This document shows, piece by piece, positions 9,204-18,220 of a stretch of 64,000 bases of DNA. The translations under genes and the position numbers were made by a program. The notes under the pieces are model-generated. The model worked only from the letters and a program-made list of their open reading frames with translations, had not been told where the DNA came from and searched no databases. Location: the NCBI GenBank assembly GCA_050246755.1, contig JBFWVL010000005.1, positions 193,076 to 257,075 of the forward strand, read 5' to 3'. Source of the DNA: Bacteriovoracia bacterium. GTDB taxonomy: Bacteria; Bdellovibrionota; UBA1018; CAIPTA01. Within the stretch, counting starts at the first letter, position 1. Each line of letters opens with the position of its first letter.

Positions 9204-10826
9204 ATGCAGTCTCTTCCCGATATCCTGCGCGAAATGGCCTTCTTGGCCGAGCTAAAGGACGAGAATCCCTTCAAGGTGCGCGCGCTGGAAAATGCGGCCG
9301 CTGCGCTCGAGGAAAACGGGAATTCCATCGAAGCGCTGGTAAGCTCCGGCGAAATTAAGAAAATAAAGGGCGTAGGCAAGGGCACGCAGGCGATCGCGCA
9401 GGAATTCGTCTCGAGCGGGAAAGTGGCCGAGCACGAAGCGCTGAAGAAGGATTTTCCTTCCACGATTTTTGAGTTACGCCAAATTTCGGGACTTGGCCCT
9501 AAAAAAGTAAAAGTGCTTTTCCAGGAGCTCGGCACCGCCAGCCTTTCCGAATTGGAATATGCCTGCCAAGAGAATCGCCTGGTGGATCTCAAGGGCTTCG
9601 GCGAAAAGACCCAGCAAAATATTTTGAAGAGCATCGCGCGGCTGAAGAATTACCAGGGGAAGGTGATCCTGCCGGTGGCAATGCAGGAAGCCGAGCTCGT
9701 GCGGGAAATGCTCGGCGAGGTGGAGGGCGTTAAGCGGGTGGCCGAGACGGGGGAGCTGCGCCGGCATACCGAGGTGATGGGCTCGATCGATTATCTGCTC
9801 GAGGGAGATTCCGCGAAAATTTCCGCCGGCCTGAAGAAACTAGGCTGGAAATCGCCGGATGATGCCGGCTATTTTACGTCTACTTCCGAAAACGGAATTC
9901 TTTTGCGGGTTTGGATTTCTTCTCCTGCCGAGTTCGGCTCGAAGTGGCTCGAGACCACCGGCCCGACCGAGTTCGTGGAGAAAATGGGAAAACTGGTGCC
10001 CGCCTCCGAAGAAGAGTCTTTGTTTCGCTCGCGGAAAATGGAATTCGTTCCACCCGAATGCCGCGAGCTCGGCCTGCACCCGAAATCGCTGCTCGAGGCG
10101 GAAGAGATCAAGGGCGTATTTCACCTGCATACCAATTGGAGCGATGGCAAGAATACCCTCGACGAGATGGTGGCCGCCGCGGTGGATCTTGGGTACGAAT
10201 ATATCGGCGTATCCGAGCATTCTCAGACGGCGTTCTACGCCCATGGGCTGGACGAGAAGCGCGTACGCGCGCAGCGGGAGGCCATCGATACATTGCAGGA
10301 GGCCTATCCCCAGATCCGGATCTTCCAGGGAATCGAGAGCGATATTTTACCCGATGGTTCGCTGGATTTTCCCGATTCTTTCCTGAAGAAATTCGATTTC
10401 GTGATTGCCTCGGTGCACGGGCGCATGAAGATGACCCGCGAAGAGATGACCAAGAGGATTTGCCGGGCGCTCGAGCATCCGGCCACCACCTGGCTGGGGC
10501 ATTGGTCGGGGCGTTTGTTGCTGGGGCGGGATCCTTATGAGTTCGATATCGAGGCCGTGCTGAAAACGGCGGCGAAAGAGAGAAAATCGATCGAGCTGAA
10601 TTCGAATCCCTACCGGCTGGATATCGACTGGCGCCACCTGCCACGGGCCGTAGACCTCGGCGTGCCGATCGGGATTTTTCCCGATGCCCATAGTACCGGT
10701 GGCCTCGCCGACGTGAAATACGGGGTATGGATGGCGCGCAAAGCCGGGCTGAACCGTGAGAATATCGTGAACACGAAATCGCGCCGGGAGATGGAAGTTT
10801 GGCTGGAAGAAAGAAAGTTTCGCTAG
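9204..10826 (+). CDS. polX: PolX family protein with PHP domain (polymerase site degenerate)
   Basis: ENPFKVRA, HhH motifs (KGVGK, GLGPKK, GFGEKT), PHP motifs HLHTNWSDG, SEHS, GIESDI, DAH. Confidence 0.9.
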   Translation: MQSLPDILREMAFLAELKDENPFKVRALENAAAALEENGNSIEALVSSGEIKKIKGVGKGTQAIAQEFVSSGKVAEHEALKKDFPSTIFELRQISGLGPKKVKVLFQELGTASLSELEYACQENRLVDLKGFGEKTQQNILKSIARLKNYQGKVILPVAMQEAELVREMLGEVEGVKRVAETGELRRHTEVMGSIDYLLEGDSAKISAGLKKLGWKSPDDAGYFTSTSENGILLRVWISSPAEFGSKWLETTGPTEFVEKMGKLVPASEEESLFRSRKMEFVPPECRELGLHPKSLLEAEEIKGVFHLHTNWSDGKNTLDEMVAAAVDLGYEYIGVSEHSQTAFYAHGLDEKRVRAQREAIDTLQEAYPQIRIFQGIESDILPDGSLDFPDSFLKKFDFVIASVHGRMKMTREEMTKRICRALEHPATTWLGHWSGRLLLGRDPYEFDIEAVLKTAAKERKSIELNSNPYRLDIDWRHLPRAVDLGVPIGIFPDAHSTGGLADVKYGVWMARKAGLNRENIVNTKSRREMEVWLEERKFR

Positions 10827-11470
10827 TTGCGCGCGAGGTGAGGGTGCAGGCGATCGCCTCGGCCCTGAGCCGCGAATTTCCCGAGGCCAAGTGCGCCTTG
10901 AATTTCAGCACGCCCGAGCAGTTGCTTTTCGCCACGATTCTCTCCGCCCAGTGCACCGACGTGCGCGTGAATCTCGTGACCCCCGCCTTGTTCAAGAAAT
11001 TCCCGGGTTCCAAGCAAATGGCGAAAGCCAAGCTGGCGGAAGTGGAGGCCGTGATCAAATCAATTAACTTCTTCCGCAACAAGGCCAAGAGCCTCGTAAA
11101 TGCCTCGAAGCTCATCCAGGAGAAATATGGCGGGGAGCTTCCGCGCACGATGGACGAGCTCGTGGAGCTGCCGGGCGTGGGGCGAAAGACGGCCAACGTG
11201 GTGCTCGGGGACGCCTTCGATATCCAGGTGGGCGTGGTGGTGGACACGCACGTAAGGCGGCTCGCCAATCTGCTCGGCCTCACCGAGGAACAGGATCCCG
11301 TAAAGATCGAACAGGATTTGATTCAGATCGTGCCGCAGGCGCTCTGGACAAAATTTTCCCATTGGCTCATCCTGCATGGAAGAAGAACTTGTATCGCCCG
11401 CCGCCCCAAATGCGGGGAATGCGTGATTCGCGCGCATTGCGATTTTGGCCAGAAGGAGATGTTTTCGTGA
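10799..11470 (+). CDS. nth: Endonuclease III (start uncertain)
   Basis: LSAQCTD, LPGVGRKTANVV, VDTHV, C-X6-C-X2-C-X5-C FeS motif. Confidence 0.95.
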   Translation: MAGRKKVSLVAREVRVQAIASALSREFPEAKCALNFSTPEQLLFATILSAQCTDVRVNLVTPALFKKFPGSKQMAKAKLAEVEAVIKSINFFRNKAKSLVNASKLIQEKYGGELPRTMDELVELPGVGRKTANVVLGDAFDIQVGVVVDTHVRRLANLLGLTEEQDPVKIEQDLIQIVPQALWTKFSHWLILHGRRTCIARRPKCGECVIRAHCDFGQKEMFS

Positions 11471-12471
11471 GATTTTTTTTGCTGCTCTCGCTTCTCTGGC
11501 TGGCCACGCCCGCGTTGGCCGAACCGATGAACGTGATCGGCTGCGGGATTTTCGATTCTGCGGGAAAAGAGCAGAAGGCTTACCTCGGCTGGATATGCGC
11601 TTTTCTTCCCAATGGAAAAATGATGATCGGAGATGGCTTCACGCTCACCTTTTACGATAAGGACATGAACGTGATTTGGGCGCGGGATGGCCATACCCAC
11701 CATATGCTCACGTATTCTGCGGCCGACCAGACGGTGCTCGTGATATCGTCGCGCATTTTCGGTCCCCAGTCGCGCCTGCGCATCGACGTGCTGGAGGTTT
11801 TCGATATCGAGGGGAAGCAACTGAAGAAGTTTGAGTTCACCCGTGAGATGAGCCGGGCGTTTTTGCCGATGACGTACGATAATTTCGTGATGCCCACGGT
11901 GAAAATGGAGCTTACGCACGTGGGGTCTTTTTACCGTATCGGAAAGAACCGTTCGAAGAGCAAATTTTTCGCCGAAGGAAACTACCTCGTGAACGATAAT
12001 TTTGGGGCTCTGTATGTGTTTAACAAAGAGCTCACGAAAGTGATTCATACCTTTGAGACCAATGGCTGGAACCTCGGGATGTTCGGCGACGTGCAGGTGA
12101 CGCCTGCGGGCAATCTCTTGCTCTACAATAATGGGAATCCTCGTGACCCCGCCAGCCGCGCTTCGCTGGTGGAATTCGATCCGTTCACGAAGAGGGTGCT
12201 CTGGCGGTACCGGGGAGAGGCCCCCGATTTTTTGCGGGGGGCCTACGAGGGAAATGTGCAAATTCTTTCTAGCGGAAATATTCTTTTCAGCGAAGCCGTA
12301 TTTCAGGAGACGGTAGAGCCGCACGAGCTATGGCAGCGCTCTACCGAGATTACGCGTGCGGGCAAAAAAGTGTGGCAGATGAAGAAAGATCGCTACGAGA
12401 TTTATGGAATCCCCAACGTGGTGAAGCGCCTGGATCTATCGGCGTACCGCAAGGCTAAGGGCGCTTACTAG
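11467..12471 (+). CDS. Secreted beta-propeller protein, arylsulfotransferase-like
   Basis: GTG at 11467 gives a signal peptide (..PALA); GNLLLYNNG, GNVQILSSGNILF, EITRAGKKVW repeats. Confidence 0.55.
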   Translation: MRFFLLLSLLWLATPALAEPMNVIGCGIFDSAGKEQKAYLGWICAFLPNGKMMIGDGFTLTFYDKDMNVIWARDGHTHHMLTYSAADQTVLVISSRIFGPQSRLRIDVLEVFDIEGKQLKKFEFTREMSRAFLPMTYDNFVMPTVKMELTHVGSFYRIGKNRSKSKFFAEGNYLVNDNFGALYVFNKELTKVIHTFETNGWNLGMFGDVQVTPAGNLLLYNNGNPRDPASRASLVEFDPFTKRVLWRYRGEAPDFLRGAYEGNVQILSSGNILFSEAVFQETVEPHELWQRSTEITRAGKKVWQMKKDRYEIYGIPNVVKRLDLSAYRKAKGAY

Positions 12472-12902
12472 CGTAGAACTCCGGATCCGCTGCGGCGGTC
12501 TTCCCGCAGAATGGCCCGGTAGATATAGTCGAATTCGTCATGGGACTTACGGAGAATTTCCGAAGTTTTGTCCATGAAGGTGAACGTGGCTTCTAGCTCT
12601 TCCTGGGTAAGCTCTGTTATTTTTTTCTGGAGGGCAGTCTTTTCTTCCGGGGTGATGATTCCCGTTTTCCGTAGGTAAGCCCCTTTTCGCTGAAAGATTT
12701 TTTCCCGGATTACGGCGAGTTTTTTTGCCGTTTCTTGGTATAGCGCCTTCATGCTGCTTTTTTGCTCCGGCGATAGGCTATCGAGCTGGAGAATCATGTC
12801 TAGTTCCCGGATATTCGGATCTTGGGAAATATCCGGTGCGGGCGGCGAGGGTTGCTTGGTGCAGGCGAGAAGGAAAAATGCCAAGAGGAGAATTAGACGC
12901 AT
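12468..12902 (-). CDS. Helical lipoprotein
   Basis: MRLILLLAFFLLAC lipobox. Confidence 0.7.
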   Translation of the reverse strand: MRLILLLAFFLLACTKQPSPPAPDISQDPNIRELDMILQLDSLSPEQKSSMKALYQETAKKLAVIREKIFQRKGAYLRKTGIITPEEKTALQKKITELTQEELEATFTFMDKTSEILRKSHDEFDYIYRAILREDRRSGSGVLR

Positions 12903-13023
12903 GCGGCTAGAGTACTAAAATTCTCCTTAAATCCCAGGCCAAACCGCTCCTCGCCCGAAGTTTTCGCCTTGCCCGCCGCTTCATGGTAGAGAATTATTTA
13001 CGCTTTTAAACCGAGGTTTTCCT

Positions 13024-13749
13024 ATGCAACGTTCCTTTGAGCGCACCCCTAACGACCTTCGCCCCGTTACCTTTGAGGTAGACGTGAACCGCTATGCCGA
13101 GGGCAGCTGTCTCGTTTCCTTCGGTTATACCAAAGTGCTGTGCACCGCTTCGGTGGAACGTTCCGTGCCGCCGTTCCTAAAGGGCAAGGGCGAAGGCTGG
13201 GTAACGGCGGAGTATTCGATGCTTCCCCGGTCTACGCACACGCGCTCCAAACGGGAGCGGGACAAGGTGGGCGGACGTACCGCCGAGATCCAGCGTTTGA
13301 TCGGCCGCGCCCTGCGCGCCGCCGTGGATTTTAAAAAGCTCGGCGAGCAAAGCATCATGGTTGACTGCGATGTGATCCAGGCCGACGGAGGCACGCGCGT
13401 GGCCTCCATTTGCGGGGCCTACGTGGCGCTTGCGATTGCGATCGGGAAAATGAAGCGGGACGGGCTTTTGAAAGAGGATCCCCTGCTTTCGCCGGTGGCG
13501 GCCGTGAGCGTGGGTATGCATAACGGCATTCATCTCCTGGATTTGGATTACTCCGAAGATTCCACCTGCGAAGTAGACATGAACGTGGTGATGAACGCCG
13601 CGGGCGGGCTGGTGGAAGTGCAAGGCACCGGCGAGAAGAAAACCTTCGAGCGTAAAGACCTAGATGCATTGCTCGAAAGCGCTACTTTGGGAATTTCCAA
13701 GATCACGGCCCTGCAAAAATCGGCCGTAGAGCGTGGGCTGAAGGTTTAG
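13024..13749 (+). CDS. rph: Ribonuclease PH
   Basis: [31 protein letters not shown]. Confidence 0.97.
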   Translation: MQRSFERTPNDLRPVTFEVDVNRYAEGSCLVSFGYTKVLCTASVERSVPPFLKGKGEGWVTAEYSMLPRSTHTRSKRERDKVGGRTAEIQRLIGRALRAAVDFKKLGEQSIMVDCDVIQADGGTRVASICGAYVALAIAIGKMKRDGLLKEDPLLSPVAAVSVGMHNGIHLLDLDYSEDSTCEVDMNVVMNAAGGLVEVQGTGEKKTFERKDLDALLESATLGISKITALQKSAVERGLKV

Positions 13750-14357
13750 CGATCTTTTTTTATCGTTTCGGGATGCACGCCCGCGGGAATCGGTAGAGGT
13801 GGAGCGGGCGCCGGCTCTGATTTTCGCTCTTCAAATGAAGTGCAGGTTTCCAAGTACTGTTTGATCAAATAGTTCGCGCAGGCCGTCTTGGCTTCCGAGG
13901 TGCCGAGGTCGGATTTCTTGATGGTGGCGAGGTCTATCTTGTCGAGATTTTTACCGTAGGTCTTATTTACGTTCGCCAGAATGCCCATCACGCGGGCTTT
14001 GGCTTGGTCGTATTTCTGTAGATCGTCGGCCCGTTCGTTAAAATCGGCCCCGAACATCGGAGATGGGCAACCTGCGCTCCCGGCGTAGTAGGTGGAGTGC
14101 TCGGTAGCGTCGATGGCGGAATATTGGTCTACGTGGATATTGGCGTCGCAGAGGTTTACTTCCAATTTTTCGCCTTTGCCGCCCATGGTCAAGAAGCGCA
14201 TCACGCAGCCCGATTTCGTGAGTTTTAAGAAATTCAGGAAGCTGTCGCTCACGCTAAGCGTGAAGTCGGCGTTATCTAGGCAAACTTCCCAATTGGGGGC
14301 AGCCCGGGCAGAAGCGGAAGAAAAGGCGAGGGCGAGGACTAAAACTGAGAGTTTCAT
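13746..14357 (-). CDS. Secreted Cys-containing hypothetical protein
   Basis: [19 protein letters not shown] signal peptide from ATG at 14357. Confidence 0.7.
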   Translation of the reverse strand: MKLSVLVLALAFSSASARAAPNWEVCLDNADFTLSVSDSFLNFLKLTKSGCVMRFLTMGGKGEKLEVNLCDANIHVDQYSAIDATEHSTYYAGSAGCPSPMFGADFNERADDLQKYDQAKARVMGILANVNKTYGKNLDKIDLATIKKSDLGTSEAKTACANYLIKQYLETCTSFEERKSEPAPAPPLPIPAGVHPETIKKDR

Positions 14358-14406
14358 TTTACTAATACCTACGAACGTTTTATCTAAGAGTAGCAATCTT
14401 TGGCGT

Positions 14407-14484
14407 CGGGGTATAGCGCAGCCTGGCTAGCGCACCTGCTTTGGGAGCAGGGGGTCGACAGTTCGAATCTGTCTACCCCGACCA
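14407..14484 (+). tRNA. tRNA-Pro (TGG)
   Basis: CGGGGTATAGCGCAGCCTGGCTAGCGCACCTGCTTTGGGAGCAGG...GTTCGAATC...CCCCGACCA. Confidence 0.97.
14474..14484 (+). repeat. att core, tRNA side
   Basis: TACCCCGACCA. Confidence 0.85.
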
Positions 14485-14739
14485 ATTTTTTCGAAGGTTT
14501 CACGCAGAAATAGAAAATCGTTAGTCGTTCCAAGTTGTTGTTTTAACAAAGAGTCGAAAGTCCAAAATTCTGAATTGGCTTTCTTCGCCCGCAGATGTCT
14601 CTGTAGTTCCCTGACGAATCCCTGACCCCGCTGCCTCTCGCTTGGCAAATTTGCCTGACGTTCGGAAATCCGAGATCGCCCGGCAAATTTTCAGTCCGTT
14701 CATTTTTCAAAGCACAAACCATGAACAAGAGAGGTTTTT

Positions 14740-15315
14740 ATGACCAACTATGGAGTCATTCTTCGCAAGCTACGCTTGCTAAACAAACTACAACTTAGAG
14801 CCGCCGCCGCTCGCATAGGGCGAAGCGCGGGGTGGCTGAGCGAGATCGAAAACGGCAAAGGATCGTCGCGTCTCCACACGCAGGAGTTCGACCGCATCGT
14901 TGCCGCCTACGGCGGCGAGGCGTATCGCAAGCAGTTCGGCATTTGGGTCGCCAAAGGCCTTCACCTAAACACGCCCCCGGTGGATAAATCGCAAGAGGGC
15001 GCGGTCCTCAAGTATCTGCGGAAGAAAGCCGGACTGAGCCTCGAATCCGCAGCCAGGCAGACCGGGCTTTCTGTGCCCTATCTCTCCCGCCTCGAAAACG
15101 GAGAGAGGCGGCTAACCCCCGAGCTGCGGAACAGGCTGATGCAGCTTTACGGCTACAGCCCGCAGAGCTTCAAGAATTTCACCACGGAGGACAGGCGGGC
15201 GAAGAACATCCCGAGCCGCTACAAGCTCGCCGTGGTGCTCAAGCAGATGGATGAGGGCGGCATCGAGAAGCTGCTGGCCTTCGCGCTCTCTCTGACCGAT
15301 CAGGAGGCCGCATGA
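14740..15315 (+). CDS. Tandem XRE helix-turn-helix regulator
   Basis: Two HTH_3-like units (WLSEIENG and YLSRLENG). Confidence 0.85.
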   Translation: MTNYGVILRKLRLLNKLQLRAAAARIGRSAGWLSEIENGKGSSRLHTQEFDRIVAAYGGEAYRKQFGIWVAKGLHLNTPPVDKSQEGAVLKYLRKKAGLSLESAARQTGLSVPYLSRLENGERRLTPELRNRLMQLYGYSPQSFKNFTTEDRRAKNIPSRYKLAVVLKQMDEGGIEKLLAFALSLTDQEAA

Positions 15316-15521
15316 ACATAGTGAGCGGAATTTTTGTCGCACTCGCCGTAGTCTTTGGCGGCGGGTACGCTCTCGAAAAAGTCTATGCTACCCTGAGGCA
15401 GGTAACTGTGGAGCGTATTTATCGAGGCCAGCCTTCGTTGGAGCGGTTCACGAATCAGCTCACCTGTGCAAAAATTTCCAAGAGCGGCAATCTCCGCCCG
15501 CTCAAATGCAAACGTCATTAG
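15312..15521 (+). CDS. Small membrane-anchored protein
   Basis: ATGA overlap, GGAGG SD, N-terminal TM helix, two Cys. Confidence 0.65.
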   Translation: MNIVSGIFVALAVVFGGGYALEKVYATLRQVTVERIYRGQPSLERFTNQLTCAKISKSGNLRPLKCKRH

Positions 15522-15527
15522 CCTCTC

Positions 15528-15564
15528 AAGGCCGCCCCTAGATCATTAGGGGCGGCTTTTTTTT
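15528..15564 (+). terminator. Intrinsic terminator
   Basis: GCCGCCCCTA-GATCAT-TAGGGGCGGC then T8. Confidence 0.85.
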
Positions 15565-15711
15565 CTGGAGACTGAAGTCGACGGCGCCGTCCTTCCTGCT
15601 TCGCTTCATCGAAGCTGCCTAAAAGGGTCTTTCGCAGAATTTTGCGTTATGCCGCCCCGCAAGGCACTTGCGCTTCTGATAATCTCTCTGCTCAGGAGGA
15701 GGGTGAGCTTG

Positions 15712-16431
15712 ATGGATACCCCCATCGCAGAAGACCATGGGCTTGCGCTAAAAAAACTATCCGAAGCGGGCTTCGAGGGACAGTTTCGTTCGACCCAAGG
15801 AATGCTTCGAGGAGAGGCGCGCTCAGCGGAACTTGTGCTTCGGCTAACCTCGAATTTCCTAGAGTTTGGCTCCCGCACGATACATAAAATCATCGCGAAG
15901 ACAAAGCCCGCCTGCAAAGCAGGGTGCTTCTTTTGTTGTCATGTCCCAGTATCCGCATCGGCGATAGAAGCTCTGGCGGTCGCCCGTTTTCTCAAGGCGG
16001 TCTGCACGCAGCACGAGCTTTTCGCTGTTCGCAGTCAGGTCGAGAGCTATGTCGCGCGGACCAGGCTACTTTCAGCGGACCAGCATATCGCTGCCAGGCT
16101 CAGGTGTCCGCTGCTGACCGCTGACGGAACCTGCAGGGTTCATCCGGCCCGGCCGATGAGCTGTCGGTGGACATACGCATTCTCGGCAGCTCAATGCGAG
16201 GCCGCACTCGATGGCCAGGGTGAAGGGATCATCGACGCAGACATTCAGTCACTCCTTTGGGGGCGAGCTGTGGTTCAGGGGCTAACCTGTGCGTTGGATG
16301 AAGCAGGCCTCGATAGCAAGCGCTACGAGCTATGTTCGGCCGTCATCCGCGCCCTAGACACCGATAAGGCAGAAGAGAGGTACATACAAGGGAAACCCCT
16401 ATTCGAGGGATGTAAGACTCTTGAGAAGTGA
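15712..16431 (+). CDS. YkgJ-family (CxxxCxxCC) cysteine-cluster protein
   Basis: CKAGCFFCC, CPLL..CRVHPARPMSCR; AGGAGG SD (start 15703-15712). Confidence 0.8.
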   Translation: MDTPIAEDHGLALKKLSEAGFEGQFRSTQGMLRGEARSAELVLRLTSNFLEFGSRTIHKIIAKTKPACKAGCFFCCHVPVSASAIEALAVARFLKAVCTQHELFAVRSQVESYVARTRLLSADQHIAARLRCPLLTADGTCRVHPARPMSCRWTYAFSAAQCEAALDGQGEGIIDADIQSLLWGRAVVQGLTCALDEAGLDSKRYELCSAVIRALDTDKAEERYIQGKPLFEGCKTLEK

Positions 16432-16600
16432 TAGGCAGGCCGCAGCTGATTCCAATGGTGTTCTTCCTGGTAGCTTCTTAATGGCGAGCGATCGAGTGCT
16501 GCTCAAGAATTTTCGTGCCACCCTGCTCGCGCAAAAAAACGGCCAAGACATCCCAGTACAAAGCCGTGACCTCAACGCCGAATCATTAAGAATGGGAAAT

Positions 16601-17479
16601 CTATGCGCTTCCCACGCCCCCGAGAAAGGCAGAGGCTCGTTTTACAATCTCCGGAACTTTCTGTAGCTCCACCTCAAGATCACCCTCCGAAATTCCCAAT
16701 ACCTCCAGGGATGCTTGCGAATACTCGCTTAGCTCGGACGAGGGGCGTGTTCCGTCCGCCTGCTCAAGGCGCTCGGCCATTGCGGAAGCTAAGTTTAGCG
16801 CATGCGGCAACTTTTCCTGGGAGTCAGGCGCCGAGTAAGTGCGAACCGCGCGGACCATCTCTTCCGAAAACTTCCATCGATTCAAAAGATCGCCCCCCAC
16901 GGAACAGTGATCCGTTCCAAAAAGATTTTTCTCGTCTGCGCGAGAAAGATTCCAATCATGTGGATGAGTATCCTGAAATGCCTGAATGAGAACGATTCTT
17001 CCGACAAAATGAAGAAGCCCGGCAATGAAAAATTCCTCCGCGATTTCAGGAGGGCATTTTGAGGCCTTTGCGAGACCACGGGCGCAGGCGGCGGTGGTCA
17101 AAGAGTGTGACCATGCAGGAAAAATCAATTCCTTGAGTTTGTCTTTTCCGCCAATGGACCTCATTACGGCGACGCTCAGCGCGAGATTCTTGATCGTATT
17201 TAGCCCCAGGTAGACGACAGCTCGATTGAGGCTCGTCACCCGTTCCGCGAGGCTAAAATAGGCAGAATTTACGAGTTCCAAAACACGTCCAGTGAGAACA
17301 GGGTCTAAGCGAATGGCGCCAACGATTTCGCTAGGTGATGCATTCAACGATCCCGAGAGCTGGACAATTTTTGCGGTAGCAGGGGAAAAAGCCGGTAGAG
17401 ACTCGAAGTACTCTTTCAGCCTTTCCGATTGGTCGGAAAACGCGGGTCGCAAAAGGGAATCAAGTGAGTAATCGTCCAT
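16601..17479 (-). CDS. HDOD-domain protein
   Basis: LPAFS, DPVLTGRVLELVNSAYF, AVVYLG, GLLHFVG; AGGAGG SD before ATG at 17479. Confidence 0.9.
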   Translation of the reverse strand: MDDYSLDSLLRPAFSDQSERLKEYFESLPAFSPATAKIVQLSGSLNASPSEIVGAIRLDPVLTGRVLELVNSAYFSLAERVTSLNRAVVYLGLNTIKNLALSVAVMRSIGGKDKLKELIFPAWSHSLTTAACARGLAKASKCPPEIAEEFFIAGLLHFVGRIVLIQAFQDTHPHDWNLSRADEKNLFGTDHCSVGGDLLNRWKFSEEMVRAVRTYSAPDSQEKLPHALNLASAMAERLEQADGTRPSSELSEYSQASLEVLGISEGDLEVELQKVPEIVKRASAFLGGVGSA

Positions 17480-17511
17480 CGAAATTTTCCTCCTAAAAGC
17501 ACGCCATCTCT

Positions 17512-17922
17512 TCAACCGTCTTTAGGTGCGAAGAACGGTTTCGTGGAAGACATTCTTGCGAGCGAACCAACCAGTCGCTTCAGCTCGAAGGGTTTTCGGA
17601 AAACCAGGTACCGGGATAGATCGCTTACATCCGCTTCCCCCGTAAAAATCATGACGGGAATAGTTCTATATTCTGGATCAGCCTCTTTCCGCCTAAGAAA
17701 CTCCCTTCCATTCACGGGGGCCATAGAAAGGTCGGTGATTACCACATCAGGGCGAGGCATTCTTTGCAAAAGTTCCCAGCCGCTCTGGCCGTCGGTGGCC
17801 TCAAGTACAAGGTAGCCTTCGGGCTCTAGGGCTAAAGAGATCGCTTTGCGAAGGTCGTTATCGTCTTCAACTAGCAACACCACGGCCTGCACTTTTCGCC
17901 TCCATTGTCCATTCTCTCCCAT
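17512..17922 (-). CDS. Single-domain response regulator
   Basis: LVEDD, ITDLSM, KPF. Confidence 0.88.
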   Translation of the reverse strand: MGENGQWRRKVQAVVLLVEDDNDLRKAISLALEPEGYLVLEATDGQSGWELLQRMPRPDVVITDLSMAPVNGREFLRRKEADPEYRTIPVMIFTGEADVSDLSRYLVFRKPFELKRLVGSLARMSSTKPFFAPKDG

Positions 17923-18220
17923 TTCGCCACGGATCGGACAACCCGATTTGTCGAACTCAGGAATAGCGGCGCGTCGAGCGCCGCCATCAAATTCTATTAT
18001 TTGCGGCTCAGTCCCACAAAGATCTAAGCTGAAGCGCGCCTAAAAGTTGCCCGGATTTCTCCAGGCGGCGTCTCGTCTTTCCGTTTCCGGTATTCGGATG
18101 GACACGTTTTCGCGAATTTCAACACGCTAGCGAGTGGCGGGGCCGTGCATTTTCCGTGTAAAGGAAAATTTCCTGTGTGTTCCCGGGACAATAGCGTAGC
18201 CCTGTGATTAAAATAAACCA

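Noticed and set aside
10108-12324. Minus-strand ORFs of 391 and 333 aa
   Set aside because: They overlap polX, nth and the propeller gene on the opposite strand; shadow ORFs.
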